Shown here: positions 1 to 10,300 of the stretch, piece after piece | Layout of the letters: each line of letters starts with the position of its first letter | How positions within the stretch are numbered: position 1 is the first letter of the stretch | DNA from: Camelus ferus | Lineage: Eukaryota | NCBI RefSeq assembly: GCF_009834535.1 | Contig: NC_045696.1 | Location: forward strand, 46,378,001-46,442,000 | DNA: 64,000 bases | Direction of reading: 5' to 3' | The notes under the pieces: model-generated | What the model was told of the DNA's origin: nothing | The model's database searches: none | The model's input: the letters and a program-made list of their open reading frames with translations, nothing else | Made by a program: the position numbers and the translations under genes

Positions 1-69
1 GTAAATAAATGAGGTTTTGAGGTGTAGCTACCTACCACTACTGCCTCAACAGTTGCCTCCCTGGTCTCT

Positions 70-160
70 TTCTGAACAAATCAGAATCTTCAGGGTAGGA
101 TCCAAGAATTTGTGTATTATTCACAAGTCCTGCAGATGATTCTGCTGTGCCCAAATGCTA
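70..160. mobile_element. MER5-type hAT-Charlie DNA transposon fragment
   Basis: aatcagaatct...ccaagaatttgtg...acaagtcctgcagatgattctg resembles the MER5A/B consensus; edges approximate. Confidence 0.55.
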
Positions 161-710
161 GTAGGATATGGCTAAGTATGTGGAGAGAGTGAAATGAATG
201 AAATGGGATTTGGGATCTAAACCCAGGAGTGCTGAGTATGTGGAGGGCTGTTCTTTTTCTGAAGAGGAGAGCTGAACACCAGTGAACAAAAGAGACAGTG
301 GTGAGGGGCTGTTGATTACAGACGTGGGATGTTATTCATTCTTAGGCTGTAAACTCTTTTCTGGCTATTTGAAAATGAACTGATCTTTTTCTGTTATATT
401 TTCTGTGTGTAATGTGGGTCTATGTTAAATGACCTGGTACCCAAAGAGATTTTGTTGTAGATGAGCTAATATCATTTCACTTAATTTTTTGAGCACAATA
501 TTAATTTTAAGCAAAAGATATGGTTATTCACTCAGCTTAACTTTTATGGATTTTATTAATTCTTTAAATTATTTATTCTGTCTAGTTTCATTAAATCTTT
601 AATTCTACAAACTTATTTTTTAGATTTCTAACAATGATGTTATTTCAGAAAGATGGTACTATTCTAGGTTTGCTTTGTGATTTTTTTTAATTTTTATTTT
701 AATGCTCCAG

Positions 711-757
711 GTAAGCAGCTACCATGAGTAACTCTGGAGGAGTGGCTGTATCTTATG
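711..757 (+). other. Candidate 47-nt exon carrying the start of a short spliced ORF (ATG at 724)
   Basis: T-rich tract plus CAG acceptor ending at 710, ctaccATG Kozak-like context, ATG|gtttgt donor at 757/758; GC-richer than its flanks. Confidence 0.4.
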
Positions 758-1476
758 GTTTGTAAATACTTTAAACTTGCTAACAGTAATTTTTTTCTCT
801 AAAACCTCGAGTGATAGAAAAGAAGATGATATGGAAGTGAATCTGTGGGAGGACTATCCAGAAGTAATATTGAATCTGGTGATGGGGTTTTCCTGAGGTC
901 TTTTTATCCACAGCAATTATTATAACATCATTTTTTTTTTTGCCTTTCTCCATATTGTCTAAATCTCTTTACTACATAAAAAAATATTTTTGGCAGGAAA
1001 TAAATCCATGCAAACGACTGAGAATGGCTTTATCTTAACATGGCAATCCGTCCTTTGGAAAAAAAAATCTTTGTTTCTACTTCTTTTTTCAGAGTATTTC
1101 TACTCAGCCAAAGCCTCCTGTTTGAGGTTTAGTTGTTCGATTTCCCACCCTATCTTACCCTCTCTATTTGCATGTAGACTAACAGTTTTGAATAGGATGG
1201 GGTGAGAACAGAATATTTGACCAAATAAAATAACACAGTTGGGTTACTTTTCTTGTGCCTGCCTCTTGGTTTAAGGTTTTAGATATACCTATTTTACAAA
1301 GGAATTTGTAGATTTCCAAGGGCACTTTAGAAAGGAAAAGTGATGTGCAAAGGTCAAAATAATTCACACAAGTTGGATTCTTCATTAAAGACCCTAGAAG
1401 AAGCTTGAGTGCTTGTTAACTTTTTCAAGAAGACATTACTATGATCACATCACTACTATGATCATGAAGGTCCAGC

Positions 1477-1542
1477 AACAAAAAATTATTCATCAGAAGG
1501 CAGAAACAAAAAATTATTCATCAGAAGGCAGAAACAAAAAAT
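1477..1542. repeat. Perfect 28-bp tandem duplication (about 2.4 copies)
   Basis: aacaaaaaattattcatcagaaggcaga at 1477-1504 and 1505-1532, plus a partial third copy. Confidence 0.95.
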
Positions 1543-2378
1543 ACCGTCCCACTCATGTTTAAGAACACAGTGCTCATCTTCTAGAAATACAGTATGCATC
1601 TCTAGGTTAGAAAGATGTGAGTTAAAGAAGCCCCAAGGAAGGGCATCTGAAACACTGCTGGGATGGAGCACTGTCTTTGAAGGAGGCTCTTTTTGAATGC
1701 TGAAGGATCCCTGGTTTAAACCTATGGAATCATGGATAAAGCCAGCAAAGTATTGTTCACCCAAATTCTTGTGAATTCGAGTGAGTGGTAATGCCTTATA
1801 GTCCTAAAAATTTCCAGACAAATACCATCCCCATCCCTCCACAGCTCTCAATGCATGACTGTCTTAAACATTAGGGGAGAAATGTTATACACTGCTGTCC
1901 TCAGAGCAGATAAAAATAGAAACTACACATTTCTGCAGAAGTATAATTTAAATAAACTTACTATGGAAAAATAATGGAGCATTATAGCAAGTAGGACGTT
2001 TTGGAGTTTACCCATAATCTTGTGAGGTTGATGTCAGGGGAGAAAGCCCTGTCCTTCCACAACAAGCCCCTTGTCTCTACTGTCAGATCCAGTACGGGCC
2101 TGGGTGGCTCAGGGCCTGCCCAGCTTTGTTGTTCAGTGCTCTGATATTATATCACTCTTTGTTGCTATCCTGCCAAGTTCCACCAAGATTCTAGGACTTT
2201 GCTTTCCATTTTAGAAAATTACTGGTTAATAGAATCCACTGCCTATTCAACTCTGTGATTCAACAGATATTTATTGAATAGATTTATATGCTTTTAATTA
2301 CATATAAAATAGCTCACATTAGATTAATGATTTTTAAGAGTGTTATGTGTATTTTATTTATTTTATATTTTGGATTAG

Positions 2379-2479
2379 ATGCTGGCCTTGAGCCAGGTCA
2401 TTTTGCTGAGCAACCTTTCAGAGCCCCTCTCCCTGTAGAAGACAGTTACATCTAAGTTCTGGGTGTTACAGCTTTACAG
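2379..2479 (+). other. Candidate 101-nt exon carrying the end of the short spliced ORF (TAA 2453-2455)
   Basis: T-rich tract plus TAG acceptor ending at 2378, CAG|gtatct donor at 2479/2480, abrupt rise in GC content. Confidence 0.4.
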
Positions 2480-2571
2480 GTATCTGGTAACTTTCTGCAG
2501 TTATTCCTTTAAAGAGCAGAACCATTGGGGGCTGCCCCACTGGGGCTACTGTGGTTGTGGTGATTTTTCTG

Positions 2572-2599
2572 TTTTTTTTTTTTTTTTTTTTTTTTTTTT
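2572..2599. repeat. Poly(T) tract (28 nt)
   Basis: Homopolymer seen directly. Confidence 0.95.
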
Positions 2600-2924
2600 G
2601 AGGAGGTTGCTTTAGGAAATGTATTTTAAGGCACAGACCAGTCTTACATGGTAATTCCATCAGGTCATCCATTTAAATTTCCAGAAAAGGCTCAATTTAT
2701 ACAAAATAACCAATGAAACATCAATAGTTGGTTTTCTTAGTGTTCTGCTTCTCAAATTTTCTGCTAAAGTACCTGAATCGCAGAAGACAATACTCATTTT
2801 TTTGTGAAATCACAAATCATAGGCCAAATTGTGCTTCCAGAAGCTTACATTTTGTTGAAATTTCTAGAATGCTTTATCTTAAAAATCTATTTGCATATTA
2901 TATTCTTTTTCCATAATATATGCT

Positions 2925-3120
2925 TCTTTTTTTAAAAAAAAAGTTGAGGTAAAAATGGCATACACCAAAATGCATAGATCGATCTTAAGTATAGAATTTG
3001 GTGAATATTGACAAAAGGATATACTGGTGTAATCTACACATCTGTCAAGAATATACCTACCTGTTTTAACATGGAAGTAGTATTTGAAGTTACTTTCCAT
3101 CAAGAAAATTTCTGTCCCTC
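2925..3120 (-). mobile_element. Old L1 (L1M) 3' end fragment
   Basis: ttgaggtaaaaatggcatacaccaaaatgcatagat...cttaagt...ttgacaaa is typical of an antisense L1MC/ME 3' UTR terminus. Confidence 0.65.
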
Positions 3121-4009
3121 CAAAGAAGAAAAAAAAAATTCATGTCCTAGGAATATCTGCCCTTTTAATTTTGTGTCTTATACTTGTTGTACCACTCTGT
3201 ATTCCCTAGGGATGGTGGCAGTGGACATGACATGATTATGCTAAAGAAGTGTGGGCTTCATCAGGAGAGCTCTGCACAATGGCTAGGCATCTTAATGGGT
3301 TTTTAGTGAAAGCCTGGCTAGAGAAGTTGGTTAATTCCAGTTGTTTACTGAAACATCAAAAGATTCTGACTGCTCTAATTGTAAATTGTTTTTCAAGTCA
3401 AGCAATAGACCTATGATCAGGAAATTAAAGATTTGTTCAACTTCATTTTTTTTTGCTGGTAATCTATTTTATAGTAAGGCCTTATTCACATATGTGTGAT
3501 CTATCATTTAGTTCCTTTGACATTCTTTTCAGATAACATTTGACTCTCTTTCCTTTTCAGTAGTCACCTTCCAGGAATCCCTCTGATAACCCACTCCCAG
3601 CTTTTTATTCTCATTTTTTGAATTCTTTCTTTCTATAACTGAGTGCTTATACTTTGTTCTCCTCCAGATTCTTTCAGAGGCCAGGTATTAAAGCTCCCTT
3701 TTAGTAGAGACCAGGTTTTAATTATTGTATGTAATGCAGAGCACGATACATTAAGCCCACTAGGTTAATTTCAGTTGTAGGTATTGGTGTTAGATAATAT
3801 AGGAGATGCAAAGTTGGACAAGGGTAGACCCTATGCTCAAGGAATGTTTAGTAATATTAGGGGAGCTGGTGGTAGTAACTAATACTTATTAAGAGCTTTT
3901 TGTGTGCTAAGTACTGTTCTAAGCCTAGTGCATATATTACCTGATTTTATCTCCATAATAATTATTTAAGCTAATTAATTGTGTACCTGTTTTATACATT
4001 TAAGTTGTG

Positions 4010-4599
4010 TGTCTTAGATCAGATTTCTCAGAAGCACAGCCTGAGTTGCAGAGTCTTGCACAGGTGATTTATTGAGGGAGGGCCCTGGAGGATCCTGAAC
4101 AAGGGAGGGAGATAGGATGGGGGAGGGCACTGGTCACAGTGATGCCTGAAAATACATATTCTCAGGTTTCACTCAGGAACCCTGAGTCAGGAACTTGGTG
4201 TGACTGGGCATCAACTTGTGGTTTAACTAGTCTTCCAAGTGATTCTGATTGATACTAAAATTTGAGAACTACTTGGATAGAAGGAGAAGCCAGTAAAGAT
4301 ATGGGTTTTGATAAAAATGTATCCTCAGCAGATCCTTGGAGTAGTTATGGAGTGGGAATGGTACCACAGAGTTGCCATTGAGAAGAGGGCCACTGTGATA
4401 CTCCACATCAGTCAGACATTGGCTGTGGGCGATTGCCCTGGGGGACAGACCATGAGGGAAGGGCTTAATTTCCCAGAATCTCTGGGAATGGTAGCTCTTG
4501 TGCATTTGTGAGCCCTTCGCATTCAGCACTCCCAGCAGCTGGGCAGTGGGTCTGCTGGCCTCAAGGGGATCTAGGTGGGGCATGCCAGTGTCCACCATA
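4010..4599 (-). mobile_element. ERVL solo LTR (LTR16/LTR33 group)
   Basis: Starts tgtcttag...agaagcacagcctgag...tttattgaggg and ends gcactcccagcagctggg...ggggatctaggtgggg...ccata, matching the reverse LTR16 consensus. Confidence 0.75.
4135..4273. mobile_element. MER5A-type DNA transposon nested in the LTR
   Basis: gaaaatacatattctcagg...ccaagtgattctgat...aaaatttgagaactact. Confidence 0.7.
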
Positions 4600-5111
4600 C
4601 TGAGGCACAGGGAAGTTAAGTAACTAGCTTGAGGTCCCACAGCTGGTAATGGGATCTGAACTCAGGCAGCCTGGATCCACATCTTCTAACCGTTAGCTGT
4701 ACTTACCATCTCCTGTGGTCAGAACAATGATAGAAATAGCAACATGGATGCAAATGAACAGGGGACAAGAGGAAGGAGTTTCGTCTGGCTGAGGAAAACA
4801 GAAACCCTCATGAAAGGAGTGTCATTTTATTTTGCCTTGAAGTAAGAAAGATCTGGGCATGTATATAAATATTTCTGTGAGGGGTTTTCTAGATGGAAGG
4901 AATAGCCTGAGAAAAGGCATAGAGTAAGGATGGGTTTGTGTCTAGAAAGCTAGTTATTCTGTTGTGCTGCAATTTGGCTTATTGAAGAGTTCAGGGAGAA
5001 AAGTCAATCCATAGTGATTCGAGACCGGGTCATGGATATCCTTAGATGCTAGGCAAGTGAAGATTTTTAATCTGGAAGTGAAATAGTCAGAGCCATAGTT
5101 TAGAAAGATTA

Positions 5112-5950
5112 ACAACCTAATAAAAGATGGTGAAAGATTGAATAGACATTTTATCAAAGAAGATAGGTGATGGCTACTAAACACAAGAAAAATTCTCAAC
5201 ATCATTAGTCATTACGAAAATGCATATTAAAGCCACAATGAGATACAACTACACACCTAATTAAGATAGCTAAAATTAAAAAGACTCATCATATCCAGTG
5301 CAGAGAAACTAGAACTCTCATAGACTATGGATGGGAATGTAAAATGGTATAACTGCTTTGGGAAATAGTTTGGCAGTTTATTAAAAAGTTAAACCTATAC
5401 TTATCACTGATTTCATCATTTTCCTCTTATTTATCCAAGTGAAAGAAAACATATGTTCATACAAAGATGAGTACATGAATGTTCATAGTAGATTTATTTG
5501 TAATATCCAGAATATCCATCAACAAGTGAATGGGTAAACACATCATGGTCTATGCTTACAATGGAGTACTATTCAGCAATAAAAAGGAATGAACTGTTGA
5601 TCCATCCATCAACATTGGTGAATCTCAAAATAATTATGCTGATTGAAAAACTCAGGCAAAAAAAGTATGCATACTGTATGATTCCATTTACATGAAATTC
5701 TAAAAAATACAAACTAATCTGTAGTGAAAAAGCAGATAAGTAGTTGCTTCAGAATAGAGAGGAATAGAGGGAGGGATTACAAAGGCACAAGAAAAAATTG
5801 GGAGGATGATGGATACGCTCATTATCTTGAATGTGGTGATGGTTTCACAAGAGTCTCAAACTTGTCGAATTGTACACTTCAAATATGTGCAGTTGATTGT
5901 GTCAATTATACCTCTATAAAGCTGTTAACAAAACAGACTTAAACAAAAAA
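5112..5950 (+). mobile_element. L1M (L1MC/MD-like) ORF2 C-terminus, 3'UTR and A tail; 5'-truncated
   Basis: ttgaatagacatttt...ctcaacatcattagtcatta...gccacaatgagatac...gggaatgtaaaatggta...tcagcaataaaaaggaatgaact...caattatacctctataaagctgtt; possible TSD attaaca (5108-5114 / 5951-5957). Confidence 0.9.
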
Positions 5951-7164
5951 ATTAACACGACTGCATATGTGTAGGATGAATTCAGGAGGAGAAACTGAGG
6001 ATAAGTGGATGCGAGACAAATCTGGAAGCAGAGAGTAAACACGGTAAACTAGGACATGCTCTTGGCTGTGGCATTTAAACTGGAAGAGAAGAAATAGAAA
6101 AGATGCTGTGGAAGAAACAGTACAGGAGTTAAGGGAATAAAGGAGAGGAAGCCATTGAGGAAGCTGGCTGTGTGTTTTTTCAGATGAATGACGCTTATGC
6201 AATGGAGGGTGTTTGAGAGCATACAGAGAAATTACAGTTTAGGTTCTGGAGCATGGAATTTGGTGAGGGGCAACCATTGTGGAGACGTCAAGTAAGTAGC
6301 TGGAAATATTGAACTAAACCTCAGTGATGGATATATAGATTTAGAAGACTTCATTGTAGAGACAATTACTGAGAGCCACAAGATCAGATAATAAAATTGC
6401 CAAGGATGGCAGTTATAAGAGAGGGTCACTGTCAGTTAGGATTAAAATTTTTGGTCTCATAACTTGTTCAGTTTTTTAATCCATTGACTCACATGGCCTC
6501 CAAATGAACAATGAAATTACATCTTGCATATTAAATTGAGAGAAAGTTAAACCCTTTACTGCTTTCTAACTCAGGATAGGGAATATAATGGGGAAAACGG
6601 GGAAAAAAAATCCTCTCAGGCAAAAGCAAACATGTATCTTTTCAGCTCTTCTAGGTAGTATCTTGACCTTTTATTGCCTGTCTCCTTTTATTTCCAAAAG
6701 AGATAATTAAATAGTTTAGCTTAAAAATCTTTCTTTCTTGCTCCTGCTATGGCTTAGATATGTAAATAAAAGAAAAGGCAAAAATGTCAGCCAGGATACT
6801 AAGTAAAGTCAACTACAAAGTGAGAGTAAGATTTCATTCTGATAAACCATGAGACTCAGATTTAGTTGTATTTCCAGTTGTTTCAGTTTAGATACGTGTA
6901 GTCAGTTACTTCACAAAAGAGGTGTTTTAAATAGCTGATTAATGGGGCTATAGAATGTACGTGCTGTATGTAGCTTGTTCTTATTGAGTCCAACTGTGAT
7001 ATCAGAAAACACTTCCACTTGAGGTCACTGCTTATTATTATCTAAAGAACGATTTCAGAGGCTGAAAGTTTTTTGAATTTATACTTGGCCAAGGAGTGAA
7101 AGTGAACTTATTCCAGAACAAACCAGTTGTACATTTTATTTTTCAAAAGGTAACTCTGGGAAAA

Positions 7165-7268
7165 GTGGGACATCCCTGATCTCTAACACTAGATGCTAGT
7201 ACCATTCCCCTAGTCATGACCATCAAAATGTCTCCTGGGGCATAGTCACCTCTGGTTGAGAACCACTG
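7165..7268. mobile_element. MER20 hAT-Charlie DNA transposon fragment
   Basis: catccctgatctctaacactagatgctagtacc...aaaatgtctcc...ggttgagaaccactg terminus. Confidence 0.8.
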
Positions 7269-7379
7269 TGCTAACTGACCTAAGCAGATCAAACAAGAGC
7301 ATAAGGCTGTGTGTCTGTGTTTTAAGTATTGTAAGGTGTGGAATAAATGGAATTTTGTCATTTAAAAAACCAATTCCTT

Positions 7380-7469
7380 AAAAGAATATATGTATGACTA
7401 AAACATTATGCTGTACACCAGAAATTGACACAACATAGTAAACTGACTATCCTTCATTAAAAAAAAAGG
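7380..7469 (+). mobile_element. Extremely 5'-truncated artiodactyl-type L1 (about 90 bp of 3' tail) with 13-bp TSD
   Basis: gctgtacaccagaaattgacacaaca...aactgactat followed by an A tail; aaaccaattcctt at 7367-7379 and 7470-7482. Confidence 0.85.
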
Positions 7470-7552
7470 AAACCAATTCCTTGAACACGATGCTTGGGAC
7501 AGATTGTCCTGATTCTGATTATATAAAACTTATTCCAAATCAAAATACAGTT

Positions 7553-7735
7553 TTTTTCCCCTTTTTTAAAACTATTGAGGTATGATTGACGTACAAAAAG
7601 CTGTATACATAGTTAATGTTGACAATTTGATGAATTTGTAGAGAAGCATACATCTGTGAAAGCATTACAACACCTATGCCATAAATTTATTCATCTCCTC
7701 AAAAGTTTTCTTCCATCCTCTTTATTATTACTATT
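7553..7735 (-). mobile_element. L1MB-like 3' end fragment
   Basis: tattgaggtatgattgacgtacaaaaagctgtatacat...acaatttgatgaattt. Confidence 0.7.
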
Positions 7736-7769
7736 AAAAATAATTATCTTCAAGGGGCATTTGCCCAAA

Positions 7770-8360
7770 GTACAGTTTGGTACAACCACTTAGGGGAGCA
7801 ATTTGTCAATATCTAACAAAAGGTGAGAAATACAGCAGTTCTTCTGTATCTGGCTATACCCTAGAGAGAGGCTCTCAGACATCTGCTCTCAAACAAAAAT
7901 ATTCATGGCAGAATTGTTTTGTAATACAGAAAACTGGAAATAGCATCATTGACCACCAGTAGGGAAACAGATTATGGTATATTCACATGCTGGAGTAAAT
8001 ATGAACCAGTTAGAATGAATGAAGTGAATTAGTATATATAAATCCCAGAAACAAAGTTGATAGACAAAAAAGAAAAACAAATCATGGAATAGTTTTTACT
8101 TTATATCTTCTATTTATGCTTTATAAACACCCAAAACTATGCTATATATACTGTTTAGCTCAAATTCATGACAGTGACCTCTTCTGAAGAGGAAGAGATA
8201 AAGATAAATAGAACCAAGGAGAGAAAAATGGGGGATATTAATTTTATTTATTTATTTATTTTTAAGATCTGAGGTATTACTACAAAGTGTTAAATTTCAG
8301 TGGGTAGGTTCATGTGTATTTGTTATTTATCATTCTTTGCATTTTTCTTTATTATTTTTT
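7770..8360 (+). mobile_element. L1ME-like 3' fragment, highly diverged
   Basis: ttggtacaaccactt...caatttgtcaatatct...gtaatacagaaaactggaaa...attatggtatattcac. Confidence 0.65.
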
Positions 8361-8596
8361 CAAATGAAACATAAAGAGACACTTTAATGTTTGACAGTAA
8401 AAATTGGTATTCCTAAGTTCATTATGGGATACATTGAACTGTACCTTTCCCTGAAATATCTTTTAGCTGTAGATTTACTTTTCAGTGACATGTTTGAAGA
8501 AAGTGATTGTGCTGTGTGCAATTTCCTAGTCACATTTCCATGCACTAAGCTGTGGTTTCATGATTCATTCTTGCACAAACATGTGTAGATCTCTAT

Positions 8597-8640
8597 TCTC
8601 ACACGTTGAAATAAACTCAGCTGTGTTTATTTCAATGAGA
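8597..8640. repeat. Inverted repeat / near-perfect 30-bp palindrome
   Basis: ttgaaataaac-t-cagctg-t-gtttatttcaa (8606-8635), extended by tctca/tgaga. Confidence 0.9.
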
Positions 8641-10149
8641 TTACATTCAAATAAACACACATGTGATCCCTTATGAGTGTGAACCCGTAAAACACTTGTT
8701 GATTTGGTTCTGAAATTGTGTGTTCAAATAAACACACTTGTTTTAAGGGAAGTTTTGCTTTACTCAAATATTCATGCTTTGAACATGTGTTTTATAGTAG
8801 GCAGATGTGGACATGAGTGTCTTAAAAGAATAATAGTTCTTTAGAGTCTGTCATTGCTTTAGAGAAATGCAGGGTTTATTTAGTTGGCTGTTTTTTTAAT
8901 ATGTTGGTAATTGTCCTATGTAAGTAATTAATTAAAAATAATCTTTGAATATTATTTTTTATATAATTCATTTATTCTTGACAGGTTACTGAATGTAATT
9001 TAAAATAAATTATGTAATCCTTAAAGTATATTTGTGAGTATATTTTTAAGAAACATTAATGATAAGTTAAAAAGTGAAGGAGATTTTTATATTTTGGAAA
9101 CTGCTTCTTGTTTAACCAGACTTGTAAATCTGTATTTTTATGTTTTAAATTTTAGAATGAAAATAAAGAAAAGTTCCAAACTGGAAAAAGTACTGTTCAC
9201 ATTTATATTTTTGCTGAAATGACTGTAGGTAACATGCAAAGAAATGAGTTAACATGCTTCAGCCTTCTACAAAATAATTTTAATCAAATAGAATATAACG
9301 TATGAAGTACCAATATTTGAGTTTTTTTCTTACCAAATGAACCATAAGATTATAGCAACTAGAGGTCTTGCTTTCCTTCCAAAATGAGGTGGGTGGCTTT
9401 TTATGTGTGCTATTGTGCAGATATTTAGAGAAGTAGACAAACTGACATCTGTTTTTGACCTGAAAGGCTGTAAGTTATTTTACTGTCCATGTAAGTTTTT
9501 TGGTTTAGAAGTCTTGTCAGCCCCACAGCTCTGGGCACTACAGCTTCTTCTTCCTGCTTTGTGGGAGGAATTCAGGGCAAGAGTGTGTCTCAGAGTGTGT
9601 ATCAGAGACAGAGAGAAAATAAGGAAGAGAGTGGCAGGTTGTAAATGGAGTGTCTTCAGACAGTCTCCTTCGCTCAGTTAGGGCCCGAGTGTTTGTGACC
9701 TTAAGGGCCATTCCTTGCCTTCGTCTCAAGACCCATGGAACTTGCCACCACCTGTGTGAAGCCCAGTGTGGCTTTCAGCTCTGTCTCTTGATGGATATAC
9801 AAATATCTCTCCATAAAGCCTGAATTTCTTTCATTAAACCTCCATTTTCTGGTCAGTCATTGCTAGATTTGGCCTTTTAGGAATTTTTATCCAGGTACTT
9901 CAGAAGGTTAAATACTTCTATGTGCATAAATTCCTTAAATATAAACTGTTACAGAGAAAATAAAATTTTAATAAATTTTCAGAAGTTAATGTTCCTATTT
10001 CAGAGCTAATGCATGAATACACTTTGCCAAAGACTAATACATTTTAGAATAAATATACTCCTGTTTTACTTTTCCTACTATTTACTAATTTCTGAAGTTA
10101 CTGTAATATAAAATTAAAAGCATTTTAGTTATTTGCTGGCTTGCATTTT

Positions 10150-10300
10150 TAGAGCCTTGCCTCTCTCTTTCTAGAAAGGAAGCTTCATGAAAACAGGGCC
10201 CTTTGTTTTGTTTGCTCCATGTATCAAGTGCTCATACCAGAGTCTGCCACATATTAAATACTCAATAAATGTTTATGAATGAATGCTGAATGAATAAAAG
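10150..10300 (+). mobile_element. L2 3' end
   Basis: ctagaaaggaagcttcatgaaaacagggcc...ctcaataaatgtttatgaatgaatg. Confidence 0.8.

Larger units (their letters stand above)
3872..4705 (-). mobile_element. MIR SINE split by an LTR16 insertion (3872-4005 and 4600-4705)
   Basis: Left part: tacttattaagagc...tgtgctaagtactgttctaag. Right part resumes in the MIR core: ctgaggcacagggaagttaagtaact...tctgaactcaggcagcctgg. Confidence 0.75.
3740..6430 (-). mobile_element. L2 LINE in pieces (~3740-3860, ~4720-5110, ~5955-6430), split by later insertions
   Basis: Purine-rich antisense L2 3'-region motifs (ggagatgcaaag...ccctatgctcaagga; ggaaggaatagcctgagaaaaggcatagag; ttggtgagggcaaccattgtggagacgtcaagtaagtagctggaaatat). 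Confidence 0.65.

Noticed and set aside
1477..1542. 28-bp direct repeats as a CRISPR-like array
   Set aside because: The copies are adjacent with no spacers and the context is mammalian
2572..2599. Poly(T) as the tail of a processed pseudogene
   Set aside because: No TSD and no recognisable retrocopy body next to it
4269..4640. 123-aa minus-strand ORF
   Set aside because: Spans a MIR/LTR16 junction and consists of non-coding repeat sequence
9500..9880. Possible very old LTR remnant
   Set aside because: Composition is suggestive, but I could not match termini or a family
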